Positions 1 to 8,832 of a stretch of 51,802 nucleotides of DNA are shown piece by piece. This DNA is from Gemmatimonadaceae bacterium (GTDB taxonomy: Bacteria; Gemmatimonadota; Gemmatimonadetes; Gemmatimonadales; Gemmatimonadaceae). The stretch lies in NCBI GenBank assembly GCA_036390195.1, contig DASWCI010000425.1, positions 1-51,802 on the forward strand. The letters are read 5' to 3'. The position numbers and the translations under genes are program-made. Below the pieces are notes generated by a model. The model searched no databases, was not told where the DNA came from, and saw only the letters and a list, made by a program, of their open reading frames with translations. Within the stretch, counting starts at the first letter, position 1. Each line of letters opens with the position of its first letter.

Positions 1-195
1 GACCCGCGACGCATCGCAGCCTCATTGAAACGAAGTGCCGAACGCAGCAAGCGACGTAAAGGCACACCGTTTCAATCGGCGATGTCCATGCTCACGTTCT
101 ACATCAATCGCGCTGGTCGTGACCTCGACGCGAGCCAGCGACGCGTCTTACAGCGAGCGAAGGACGAACTGCGCAAGCAATTCGGTCGAGACTAG
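1..195 (+). CDS. DUF3175-like protein, 3' part (5'-truncated by window; not in ORF track)
   Basis: Frame 1 reads DPRRIAASLKRSAERSKRRKGTPFQSAMSMLTFYINRAGRDL...AKDELRKQFGRD then TAG at 193-195; SAMSMLTFYINRAG recalled as the DUF3175 signature. Confidence 0.75.
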   Translation, partial: DPRRIAASLKRSAERSKRRKGTPFQSAMSMLTFYINRAGRDLDASQRRVLQRAKDELRKQFGRD

Positions 196-238
196 GCCAC
201 GCTCAGCGCCCATCACATACAAGTGCGTCGAGTTCCGG

Positions 239-1060
239 CTATGGCCACTGGTGCTTGTTGGAGTATTTGCTGCCGAATACCTCGAGCAAAACACCGCGCG
301 GGTCTTCGGTTCGAATAACTGCGTCAATCCGTTCGGCCAGCATGAGCGGACGCGTGAATTGACGGTACCTCCGATAACCGTGACAGAAACAGAGCGGTCC
401 TTTACGGGTGATGTCACCGAGCAGAATGTCGGGCTCCCCGAAGATCGTCATGGCGTAGAAAAAGTTGAGCGTCCGAGGTTTTGGCAGGTCACTTTGCCGG
501 ACGTTTCGGGGCATGCTTCCGTGCTTGCCCCATTGGACGTCGATAGCCACTTGTGCCTTGGGCCACGGCGTGTGAAGGATCCGGCCGTGCCAGTAAGTCC
601 AGACATCGGTAGGGGCGTAAGTTGTGTCGTAGCCTATCCATAGGACCTCTTCGTCCGTGGGGACTGTGAACGGAATCCACGACCCGTGAATATCATCCCG
701 CCACAGCAGATGGTAGGCGATTACTCGCCTCAAGGGGTGCAGGACTGCCACTACCCGTTCCAGCGGGAACGATTCATCCCGTTGGAGGTATAAGACCGGT
801 GCCAGGCGCCGTGCCAGGACCGTTCCACTGTCAGTAGAAGCAAGGGCGTCGGGCAGATTGGCCGGTCGGAGTGGGATGTGCGCATGCGGGCCGCACGCTG
901 CAACAAAGATCAGCGTCAACCCGATGCGTATCCGCTCCCGAATCTCGATGGCTCTTCTTCTCAATAGATAGCCGTCAACGTCACCATGCGACGCCCACCG
1001 CGCAGCGCCGTGTCGAGCAACTGGAGAGCTCATGCGCAAGCCACGTCCGAATGCGTACAA
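239..1060 (-). CDS. Hypothetical exported/lipoprotein (true start probably downstream, near LTLIFVAAC)
   Basis: Long ORF with lipobox-like LIFVAAC and Trp/His-rich globular body (APVLYL..E.FP, TDEE, WTYWHG, WGKHGS); start uncertain because the ORF-track N-terminus overlaps the divergent gene. Confidence 0.6.
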   Translation of the reverse strand: MYAFGRGLRMSSPVARHGAARWASHGDVDGYLLRRRAIEIRERIRIGLTLIFVAACGPHAHIPLRPANLPDALASTDSGTVLARRLAPVLYLQRDESFPLERVVAVLHPLRRVIAYHLLWRDDIHGSWIPFTVPTDEEVLWIGYDTTYAPTDVWTYWHGRILHTPWPKAQVAIDVQWGKHGSMPRNVRQSDLPKPRTLNFFYAMTIFGEPDILLGDITRKGPLCFCHGYRRYRQFTRPLMLAERIDAVIRTEDPRGVLLEVFGSKYSNKHQWP

Positions 1061-1241
1061 CCCCGCTCAGGCACTTTTTCTAATCAGCAACGATCGCCAC
1101 GGTTCTCCACTGAGCTGCCCGTCATGCTCTGGATCGATCGAGCGTGATCCACGCCAGGTTCCTCCGCCGCCCTATACCCACGTGACACTCCGCTGCAAGA
1201 GCTGCGGAAGATCAGCGCACTACGTCGCCGGAGCGGCATAG
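1032..1241 (+). CDS. Small zinc-ribbon-like protein (69 aa)
   Basis: CPSC...CKSC pair, GGAGA SD-like sequence upstream of ATG. Confidence 0.6.
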   Translation: MRKPRPNAYNPAQALFLISNDRHGSPLSCPSCSGSIERDPRQVPPPPYTHVTLRCKSCGRSAHYVAGAA

Positions 1242-1400
1242 AACCCCAGTCTGTTGCACAAAACTTGCCCTCCTCTGCAGCCGCCGGATGGATACTGCGT
1301 CACACGGGACGAATATCCGGCGAAGCGAAGCGTATTCTCCGCGATCGCTAGCCTATGGTAGATGCTTTACAGATTGCCCTCGGGGGAGAGGATCAGTTCA

Positions 1401-1610
1401 ATGGCACGCATCACTGGAACGGTCAAATGGTTCAACGACGCCAAGGGATTTGGCTTTATTTCGCGCGAGGGAGGACCAGATGTCTTTGTGCATTTCAGCG
1501 CGATCAGCGGATCCGGATTTAAGTCCCTTGCCGAGGGTGACAAAGTCGAGTTCGAGGTCGTTCAGGGCCAAAAGGGACCGCAGGCCGCTGATGTAACAAA
1601 GGTGAGTTGA
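1401..1610 (+). CDS. cspA: Cold-shock protein, CspA family
   Basis: RNP1 KGFGFI and RNP2 VFVHF; ATG at 1401 after GGAGAGG (shorter than the ORF-track call); symbol denotes the family only. Confidence 0.97.
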   Translation: MARITGTVKWFNDAKGFGFISREGGPDVFVHFSAISGSGFKSLAEGDKVEFEVVQGQKGPQAADVTKVS

Positions 1611-1622
1611 CTCTCAATACCA

Positions 1623-1651
1623 AAAAGAGCCCCGCCCAGCGGGGCTCTTTT
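1623..1651 (+). terminator. Rho-independent terminator after csp
   Basis: AAAAGAGCCCCGC-CCA-GCGGGGCTCTTTT hairpin with A/T tails. Confidence 0.9.
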
Positions 1652-1751
1652 GCATTTTCGGGCATCACAAAATTGGTTCTCAACACTCGGCATTTGATTT
1701 GCTTTCATCCACATCGCTCGCTGGGCTCACTCGCACTTGGAGGGTTCACGG

Positions 1752-2609
1752 ATGGCTGCAATCTGGAAAGGCTCGCTGACATTCGGACTCGTCAACATTC
1801 CGGTGGAGCTCAAGACCGCTGTTCGCGCCGATCATATCAGCTTCCGGCTGCTCCACGAAGAGGACCTGTCTCCGGTCAAGTACGAGCGCATTTGTCAGGC
1901 TGAAGGCGAGCCCGTTCCATGGAACGAGATCGTGAAGGGTTACGAGTACGAGAAAGGAAAGTTCGTCGTCCTGACCGACGAGGACTTCAAGACCGCCGCG
2001 CTGGAGCAGTCGAAGACAATCGACATTCTGGACTTCGTGAAGGAGGACGAGATCGATCCCCGCTATTTCGAGACCCCGTATTATCTCGTCCCCGGCAAAG
2101 GCGGCGACAAACCCTATGCATTGCTGCGCGAAGCGATTCGCCAGACTGGATCTGTCGGCATCGGCAAGATCATCATTCGGCAGACGCAGCATCTCGCGGC
2201 CGTGAAAGTCGTTGGCGATGCACTCGTGCTCGAGATCATGCGATTTGCCAACGAGCTCGTCAACGCGAGTGAGTTCAACTTCCCGAGCCGCGAGGGCGTT
2301 CGACCACAGGAGCTGCAGATGGCGGAGCAGCTGGTCGAAAATCTGGCCGAACCATTCGACCCGACTCGCTACACCGACGAGTATCGGGCGAATCTGATGA
2401 GAATCATCAAGGCTAAGATGAAAGGTAAGAAGCCCAAGCTGGAAGGGCCGGAAGAAGAGGTTCCCGACAGCGGTGTACTCGACCTCATGTCCCGCCTCCG
2501 TGCAAGCCTAGAAGAAGGTGCCGGAAAAAGGGGCGCCGTGCGCGCGAAGCGGAAATCGGTGGCAGCCGGCCGCAAACCTGCGAAGGCGAAGAAAGCAAAG
2601 ACAGCGTAG
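1752..2609 (+). CDS. ku: NHEJ DNA end-binding protein Ku
   Basis: AIWKGSLTFGLVNIPV N-terminus, IVKGYEYEKG, IDPRYFETPYYL, basic Lys/Ala C-tail; ATG at 1752 after GGAGG. Confidence 0.97.
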   Translation: MAAIWKGSLTFGLVNIPVELKTAVRADHISFRLLHEEDLSPVKYERICQAEGEPVPWNEIVKGYEYEKGKFVVLTDEDFKTAALEQSKTIDILDFVKEDEIDPRYFETPYYLVPGKGGDKPYALLREAIRQTGSVGIGKIIIRQTQHLAAVKVVGDALVLEIMRFANELVNASEFNFPSREGVRPQELQMAEQLVENLAEPFDPTRYTDEYRANLMRIIKAKMKGKKPKLEGPEEEVPDSGVLDLMSRLRASLEEGAGKRGAVRAKRKSVAAGRKPAKAKKAKTA

Positions 2610-2618
2610 GACGCCTGC

Positions 2619-5450
2619 ATGGCCGTCAAAACCAGTGGAAGCTCCGGGTCAGCGCGCGCGCAGCTCGCCGAGTATCGTCGGAAGCGTGATTTCAGACGAA
2701 CTCGCGAGCCATCTGGTGAAACGACATCGGCTCGCACACAACCAGGACGTCTGCGTTTCGTTATACAGAAGCACGCGGCGAGTCATCTCCACTTCGATTT
2801 GCGCCTGGAGCTAGACGGAGTGATGAAAAGCTGGGCCGTACCCAAAGGCCCGAGCCTGGATCCGTCGGTCAAGCGCCTCGCAATGCAGGTCGAGGATCAC
2901 CCCATCGACTACAACACGTTCGAAGGTACGATTCCGCAAGGAGAATACGGCGGTGGAACCGTCATGCTCTGGGATCGTGGTACGTACTCCGCGGATGCTG
3001 CGTCCTCTCCTGACGAGGAAGAAGAGGTCATCCACGAAGGTTTGAAACGCGGTGATCTCAAGATCACTTTCCACGGAGAGAGACTGCACGGATCCTTCGC
3101 GCTCGTTCGCATGAGATTCGCGCGCGATGATTCTTCATCGTCAAAGCCGCAGTGGCTGCTGATCAAGCACCGCGACGAATTCGCGACTAAAGAGGACGTC
3201 GTCGCCGAAAACATGACGTCGGTCGAATCCGGTCGTACTATGGAGGAGATCGCATCCGGGAAAAGTCGCGTCTGGAGAAGCAACCATGAGCCGAAGCGCA
3301 GCAAAACCTTCACTCCGCTCCGTTTGACTACCAAACCGAGCGCAAAGAGTACTCGTGATAGCGCGTCCCCCGAGACAATAGATTCGGTTTCACCCGCCAG
3401 GTTCGCAGCAGCGGCACTCGAGCCGATGTACGCGAGCATCGGAAGTGAGGTTCCCGGAAAAGGCTGGACCTTCGAGCCGAAGTACGACGGCATACGCGTA
3501 CTTGCATACGCAACGGAAAACGATGTCAAGCTCATGACCCGAAACGGGAAAGACAAAGCCCGTCAATTTCCCGAGATCGTCGCGTCTCTCAAAAAGCTCG
3601 CTACGCAGACCAAACGGTCGCTTGTCCTGGATGGAGAGATTGTGGCTCTGATCGACGGCGAGCCGGCCCGCTTCCAGGAGCTGCAAAGCCGTATGCACGT
3701 GAAGGAGTCGCGCCTTATCGAGCGACACTCATCTTCAACACCGGCGGCGCTGATTCTCTTCGATATTCTTATGGATGGCGACGAGGTTTTGTTACGTGAG
3801 CCATGGTCGGAGCGCCGCGCTCGACTCGTCAAGCGCATCGGAAAACGCACTTCGAAGCAGTTGTGGATCACCGACTCCATCGAAGGCGACGGGAAGAAGA
3901 TGTTGGAGAAGGCTCGGCGTCAGGGTTGGGAAGGTGTCATCGCCAAGCGGATCGACTCCCCTTACGAGCCAGGTAAGAGATCGCGTAACTGGTTGAAGCT
4001 CAAAATCGAATTCCGCCAGGAGTTCGTGATCGGCGGATACACGGACCCCCGTAACAGCCGCGAGCACATCGGGGCGCTCCTGCTCGGCTATTTCGACAAG
4101 GACCGATTCATTTACGTAGGTCACACTGGCGGAGGCTTTACCAGGCAGGGCTTGGAGGAGATGTACCGGCGGTTGAAACCCCTCGAGATAAAGAGCTCAC
4201 CGTTCGCAGAAACGCCGAAGACCAATGAGAAAGCGCACTGGGTCAAGCCAGAACTTGTCGTTGAAGTCAAATTCAGCGAGTGGACCGCAGATCGGCGCCT
4301 TCGTCAACCGATCTTTCTCGGTGTTCGCGACGACAAGGATGCAACCGAGGTTGGATTAGAACCTACCAGCGTACAGAAAAAATCGACCCGTGGATCGATA
4401 GCAAAGCGACAGTCAAGGCTGAGCATAGCCGCGCGAGCTCGAACGGCTACAGCCTCTCCTCCGAAGATGCCGCGACGCTCGACGTCTAGCGCTTCCAAAT
4501 TGAAACTCGACACCACGTCACTGCTAGGTCAGCTCGACACTATTGAGAATGCAGGTGGAGAAGGAAGTCTCGACTTCGGCCGAGGCAAGACCCTGAAGGT
4601 TTCGAACCTCGACAAGGTCTTCTTTCCAAAGGAGAAGTACACCAAGGGAGACGTGATGCGCTACTACACGCGCATTGCAGACTTCATCCTCCCGACGATT
4701 CAGGATCGACCGCTGGTCCTTAAGCGGTTCCCCAACGGGATCAACGGGGAAAGCTTCTACCAGCAGAAGGCTTCCGAAACCACTCCGTCAGAAGTCCGGG
4801 TCGAGCTGATAGAAACCGACGGTGGGGAGAAGCAGCCGCGGATCATTGGCGGAGATCTGCTGACACTTCTATACACGATCCAGCTCGGCGCTATCTCAGT
4901 TGACCCCTGGCATTCGCGTATTCAATCGCTGGAATACGCTGACTATACGATCATCGATCTGGATCCGGGGCCGCGCGCTAATTTCGTGCGGGTTATTCAG
5001 GTTGCGCGCTGGGCAAAGGAAGTCATCGACGGTTTCGGCCTCAACGCTGCGATCAAGACTTCCGGTTCGAGTGGGTTACACATTTACCTACCGCTTCCGC
5101 CGCTAACGCCAAACGATGCGGCGACTCTAGTAGCTCAGATGATCGCAACGAAAGTGGCCGAGGCGCATCCGAAGGAGACGACAATCGAGCGTTTCGTCAA
5201 AGCTCGCGGTGCAGCAACGGTTTACGTTGATTATCTGCAGAATATCCAGGGAAAAACAGTTGCCGGTCCGTACTGCGTTCGCGCGAAACCCGGAGCGACA
5301 GTTTCTGCTCCGCTGAAGTGGAGCGAGCTCATCGACGATCTCGATCCGCGCAACTACCACCTCGGCAACGCGGCTGAGCGCTTTGAGAAGATTGGAGATA
5401 TTTGGAACGAAGCGATGGGAAAGAAGAATTCGCTTCGCGCGCTAGTCTAG
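2619..5450 (+). CDS. ligD: NHEJ multifunctional ligase LigD (phosphoesterase-ligase-polymerase order)
   Basis: PE domain (FVIQKHAASHLHFDLRLE, SWAVPKGPS), ligase motif I EPKYDG, WLKLK, polymerase domain (SNLDKVFFP, IIDLDP, KTSGSSGLH, YVDYLQN); directly after ku. Confidence 0.97.
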   Translation: MAVKTSGSSGSARAQLAEYRRKRDFRRTREPSGETTSARTQPGRLRFVIQKHAASHLHFDLRLELDGVMKSWAVPKGPSLDPSVKRLAMQVEDHPIDYNTFEGTIPQGEYGGGTVMLWDRGTYSADAASSPDEEEEVIHEGLKRGDLKITFHGERLHGSFALVRMRFARDDSSSSKPQWLLIKHRDEFATKEDVVAENMTSVESGRTMEEIASGKSRVWRSNHEPKRSKTFTPLRLTTKPSAKSTRDSASPETIDSVSPARFAAAALEPMYASIGSEVPGKGWTFEPKYDGIRVLAYATENDVKLMTRNGKDKARQFPEIVASLKKLATQTKRSLVLDGEIVALIDGEPARFQELQSRMHVKESRLIERHSSSTPAALILFDILMDGDEVLLREPWSERRARLVKRIGKRTSKQLWITDSIEGDGKKMLEKARRQGWEGVIAKRIDSPYEPGKRSRNWLKLKIEFRQEFVIGGYTDPRNSREHIGALLLGYFDKDRFIYVGHTGGGFTRQGLEEMYRRLKPLEIKSSPFAETPKTNEKAHWVKPELVVEVKFSEWTADRRLRQPIFLGVRDDKDATEVGLEPTSVQKKSTRGSIAKRQSRLSIAARARTATASPPKMPRRSTSSASKLKLDTTSLLGQLDTIENAGGEGSLDFGRGKTLKVSNLDKVFFPKEKYTKGDVMRYYTRIADFILPTIQDRPLVLKRFPNGINGESFYQQKASETTPSEVRVELIETDGGEKQPRIIGGDLLTLLYTIQLGAISVDPWHSRIQSLEYADYTIIDLDPGPRANFVRVIQVARWAKEVIDGFGLNAAIKTSGSSGLHIYLPLPPLTPNDAATLVAQMIATKVAEAHPKETTIERFVKARGAATVYVDYLQNIQGKTVAGPYCVRAKPGATVSAPLKWSELIDDLDPRNYHLGNAAERFEKIGDIWNEAMGKKNSLRALV

Positions 5451-5456
5451 AGCGCG

Positions 5457-5765
5457 TTAACGGCCGCCGTTTCCTACCTTGCGAAGTGGCAGCTCCATTT
5501 GGCTGCCTTCGCTCTGGCTGTGCTTCGACGCGTCGCCGAAGATCGGATCGCTCGACTCGTCAACCATGTGAGTGAGCTTGTAATAAAAGTGGAGCGCGTG
5601 AATTGGGGCCATGAAGCTGCGGTTGCCGGCGCGAGATATTGCGACAGCTTCTTCACGCACACGGCGCGGTAAATCGCGCGCCGCCGGAAGTGCAAGAAGC
5701 CGCTGTATCTCTGTACTGTCTCGTGCGAGCAAAGCTGCGCACAAACTATCGAGATAAGCCAGCAT
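5457..5765 (-). CDS. Hypothetical 102-aa protein with C-terminal QMELPL motif
   Basis: Fills the gap between ligD and the nrtR-like gene, helical-looking N-terminal region, GGGGG upstream of ATG. Confidence 0.7.
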   Translation of the reverse strand: MLAYLDSLCAALLARDSTEIQRLLALPAARDLPRRVREEAVAISRAGNRSFMAPIHALHFYYKLTHMVDESSDPIFGDASKHSQSEGSQMELPLRKVGNGGR

Positions 5766-5789
5766 AGCTATCGGGCCCCCAGTTATGGG

Positions 5790-5808
5790 TGTTTACCTTA
5801 GGTACACA
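5790..5808. promoter_or_regulatory. Palindromic operator candidate upstream of the 102-aa gene
   Basis: TGTTTACCTTAGGTACACA, 8 of 9 arm pairs complementary; TTGCAA (-35-like, minus strand) immediately adjacent. Confidence 0.55.
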
Positions 5809-5881
5809 TTGCAACTAATACACCGCGACCGCAAGAGGTTCCTTGGAGGCTAACCGAGTTGATACCGGCCTGTTACGGCAC

Positions 5882-6553
5882 TTATGGGTAGAGAAAATCG
5901 AACCTCACACCCCGGTGGACTCTACGCCTTTTCTTCGGTAAATACCGGAAAAGTTGCGCCGGCCGTCCCCTCCCCTCACTCCGCCATTCGTCTGTAGGTT
6001 CGACGAGCCAGGCAGCCTGGAGGGCACGTCGGAAGCTCGCCTTGTGCAAGCGTTTACCGAGCAGCAGCTCATACGTTTGTTGTAGCTCGCTGAGCGTAAA
6101 CGTCGCGGGGAGAAGCCTGAATGCGATCGGGGCCTGGTCGAGACGGCTTTGGATGGTCTGCGTAGCTCCCTCCACCATGGCGCGTTGCCGCGGAGAAAGG
6201 GCCGGCAAATCGGCGATCTGAAACCACGTATATCCCGCCCGCGGCGATGCAGTTTCATGTGGGACTAACGCCAAATAAGCCACCGACACATCGATCTCGC
6301 TCGGGTGCCTTTTGCCGTCGCCGAATGCTCCGATCTGTTCCATCCAGGCCGGGAATTCGCCGAGCGCATCTTGAGCGGCCCGGTTGGCGGCGCCGTCGAG
6401 CGCTTCGCCGCTTTGCGGAATTCGCCAGGGCACGGACCATCGCTCGCGCTCACTCGAGTTCCGCGCGAGCAGGATCGCGAGCTCGTCTCCCATCGCGGTC
6501 ATCAGAACTAAATCGACGCTGTAGGAGGCACTCTTCGAGGATCGGTCGCGCAT
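5882..6553 (-). CDS. nrtR: NrtR-family regulator (degenerate Nudix domain plus winged HTH)
   Basis: SVDLVL..., EQIGAFGDGKRHP, VSVAYLAL, LLPATFTLSELQQTYELLLG, SFRR, GRGRPAQLFRY are typical NrtR motifs. Confidence 0.88.
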   Translation of the reverse strand: MRDRSSKSASYSVDLVLMTAMGDELAILLARNSSERERWSVPWRIPQSGEALDGAANRAAQDALGEFPAWMEQIGAFGDGKRHPSEIDVSVAYLALVPHETASPRAGYTWFQIADLPALSPRQRAMVEGATQTIQSRLDQAPIAFRLLPATFTLSELQQTYELLLGKRLHKASFRRALQAAWLVEPTDEWRSEGRGRPAQLFRYLPKKRRRVHRGVRFDFLYP

Positions 6554-6565
6554 GGTGCCTGCGAA

Positions 6566-6586
6566 TTAGTCACTTTCTGTGACTAA
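6566..6586. promoter_or_regulatory. 21-bp palindrome, probable NrtR autoregulatory operator
   Basis: TTAGTCAC-TTTCT-GTGACTAA with perfect 8-bp arms, 12 bp upstream of the nrtR ATG and directly downstream of a minus-strand TTGACT (6587-6592). Confidence 0.75.
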
Positions 6587-6758
6587 AGTCAAGGCTGCGC
6601 CAACTGAAATTTTTTGTGAACTGACGTCGCGCTTCGTGGCGAGCGTCTCAGGGCAGGCGGTTAGTGATATAACGAAATCAGGATCGGATCGTCAACTGAA
6701 AATTTTAAAGATTTTTTTGTTGGCGCGTCAGTAATTTTCGACCGCAGGAATGACAGAC

Positions 6759-8543
6759 TCAACGCGCTTGCGCCGCTCTTTCCTCACCTCTGCCGCGACT
6801 CACATACGGTGGTATGCTGATCGGTAAATGACCTGAGATCGCTGACGTTCCGAGCAACGCTCGTGCTGCCGCCGTTTGAGAAACCGGAAAGCCTCCCCAC
6901 GCAACGAGATACACGCTCACCCACGGCACCTGTTGAAGAAGATACGGATTACCGAAAGCGACGACGATCGGTTTTCGGCCGCGCTGGACGAGGGTCTGCA
7001 CGAAGTTCGTAAAGGCTTGCGGTGCGCTCGCGGTGATCGCATCCCAGCTTTGCCCCACGTAAGAGCTTACGATGGTCACATCTGCCGAATCAGCCGCTGC
7101 GATCAAGCGTGGATAGTTGAGAGCAGCGTCTTCGGTCGCCACGAACTCTGTACGCAGTTTTGGCAGGCCTGTGCGCAACTCCGCATTGAAGGCGTTCCCT
7201 GCCGGAAGATCCGCTCGCCGTGCGAGCGTAATTGAGAGCACGCGCAGCGCTGTGTCTGAACCTAAAGGAACCTGCCGCAGCGAATCCTTGACGAGTGTAA
7301 TCGACTTCTCGGCGACACCTCGCGCGATCTGCGCGTTCGAGCTATCCCCGACAAGAAACCGTAACGCGGCGAGATCGACCAGCTTGTTCTGTGCGAGCCC
7401 AAGCCGGCGCTTTGTCTCGAGCACTCTGCGGACTGATGAATCCAGACGCGCTTCGGTATATCGACCTTCAGAGACTCCAGCGACGACGGCATCGATCGTC
7501 TGTGTTACGTCGAGCGGCTGAATCAGAACGTCGATTCCCGCCGAGATCGCGCGCTTCACCGCCTCGCTTGCACCGAACTGATCGAGCACGCCCCGCATGT
7601 CCATCGCGTCGGAGATTATGATCCCGCGGAATCCCATTTCTCCACGAAGCAGCCCGGTCAAAACCTTCGGCGAGAGCGTTCCGGGAACGTTCGAGGAATC
7701 AAGCGCCGGCATCGCCCCATGAAACGACATGATGGCGCCAACCCCGCCGTTCACCGCCGCCCGAAATGGCACGAGCTCCACCGTATCGAGCCTGCTTCTG
7801 CTTACCGTCACCACTGGCAGCGCCAAGTGTGAGTTGACGCCCGTATCGCCATGACCCGGGAAATGCTTCCCTGTCGCGATCATGCCGTGATCCTGCAAGC
7901 CATGGATGAACGCGACTCCCAGCCGCGCGGCGAGATCAGGATCTTCACCATAGGAGCGTGTATTGATGACGGGGTTATCCGGATTGTTGTTGACGTCGAG
8001 GACCGGCGCGTACGCGATGTGAATCCCGAGCGCGCGCCCCTCGAGTGCGGTGAGACGTCCTTCCTCGTAAGCGAGCGTCGTATCTCGCGTTGCACCAACC
8101 GCCATCTCTGGCGGGAACACAATCGCCCCACCAAGGTCGATCGCGTTCGGAACGAAGTAGCCGCCTCGCGCGCGGAATCCCGCTCCGGCCTCGAGATCCG
8201 CTCCGAACAGAAGCGGAACCTGGCTCATCGACTGCAGCGCGTTGAGCTTTGCAGCCACCTCGATTGGCGAACCCACTGAGATCGTGAAGCCACCAACTTT
8301 GTCCTGCTGGATGTATTGCGTCAGCCGTCGCCATTGTGGCGAGTCGCCAGAGACGTAATCGCCGAACACGCTTGGCCAGACGATCTGCGCCGCCTTCTCT
8401 CGCAACGTCATCGAACCGAGAACAGAATCGGTCCAGCGCGATGAAACGGTCCTGGTTTGGCGCGGACTGCCAGTCATCGTCGTGCAGCTTGCCGCAACCA
8501 GAGCGAGCGTTAAGGCCGGCAATACCTTCGACTTCCGCATCAT
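6759..8543 (-). CDS. nagZ: GH3 beta-N-acetylglucosaminidase-like lipoprotein (two-domain)
   Basis: Lipobox LVAASC, APVLDVNNNPDNPVINTRSYGED, KHFPGHGDTGVNSH, nucleophile motif IISDAMDM, C-terminal GH3 domain (FGNPY). Confidence 0.88.
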   Translation of the reverse strand: MMRKSKVLPALTLALVAASCTTMTGSPRQTRTVSSRWTDSVLGSMTLREKAAQIVWPSVFGDYVSGDSPQWRRLTQYIQQDKVGGFTISVGSPIEVAAKLNALQSMSQVPLLFGADLEAGAGFRARGGYFVPNAIDLGGAIVFPPEMAVGATRDTTLAYEEGRLTALEGRALGIHIAYAPVLDVNNNPDNPVINTRSYGEDPDLAARLGVAFIHGLQDHGMIATGKHFPGHGDTGVNSHLALPVVTVSRSRLDTVELVPFRAAVNGGVGAIMSFHGAMPALDSSNVPGTLSPKVLTGLLRGEMGFRGIIISDAMDMRGVLDQFGASEAVKRAISAGIDVLIQPLDVTQTIDAVVAGVSEGRYTEARLDSSVRRVLETKRRLGLAQNKLVDLAALRFLVGDSSNAQIARGVAEKSITLVKDSLRQVPLGSDTALRVLSITLARRADLPAGNAFNAELRTGLPKLRTEFVATEDAALNYPRLIAAADSADVTIVSSYVGQSWDAITASAPQAFTNFVQTLVQRGRKPIVVAFGNPYLLQQVPWVSVYLVAWGGFPVSQTAAARALLGTSAISGHLPISIPPYVSRGRGEERAAQAR

Positions 8544-8824
8544 CAGTGACTAATCGTGCCCTTCTTGCTGGTATCGATGTCTGATGTAGCGCCGGTCTTG
8601 AAGAGAAATGCCGTCATGTTCTTGGTCAGAAAGGACCGCGCCTGTGGATCCATGACGTTTAGACCATAGTGATTGATCAACATCGTCTGTTGCTTGATCC
8701 AGTCGGCCCAGCATTGCGTGCAAATCTCTTCGACGACTCGGGCTCCGATGGGGCCCGGAAAGGGAGGCTTCACAAATCCTGCGCGCGTCTGTCCGCAACG
8801 CACGCAGGTTACAGTCTCAGGCAC
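8543..8824 (-). CDS. yggX: YggX-family Fe(II)-trafficking / oxidative damage protection protein
   Basis: PPFPGPIG, WADWIKQQTMLINHYGLNVMDPQARSFL...FLF signature; GTG start; stop overlaps nagZ ATG (TGATG). Confidence 0.9.
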   Translation of the reverse strand: MPETVTCVRCGQTRAGFVKPPFPGPIGARVVEEICTQCWADWIKQQTMLINHYGLNVMDPQARSFLTKNMTAFLFKTGATSDIDTSKKGTISH

Positions 8825-8832
8825 GCGAGGCC

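Noticed and set aside
35-643. 202-aa plus-strand ORF
   Set aside because: Overlaps the DUF3175-like fragment out of frame and lies antisense to 239-1060; no motifs
1752-5450. Ku-LigD as a novel system
   Set aside because: Well-characterised NHEJ pair; PE-LIG-POL order and basic tails are known
6665-6680. TGATATAACGAAATCA as an FNR box or dif site
   Set aside because: Spacing does not fit TTGAT-N4-ATCAA and there is no XerD-arm match
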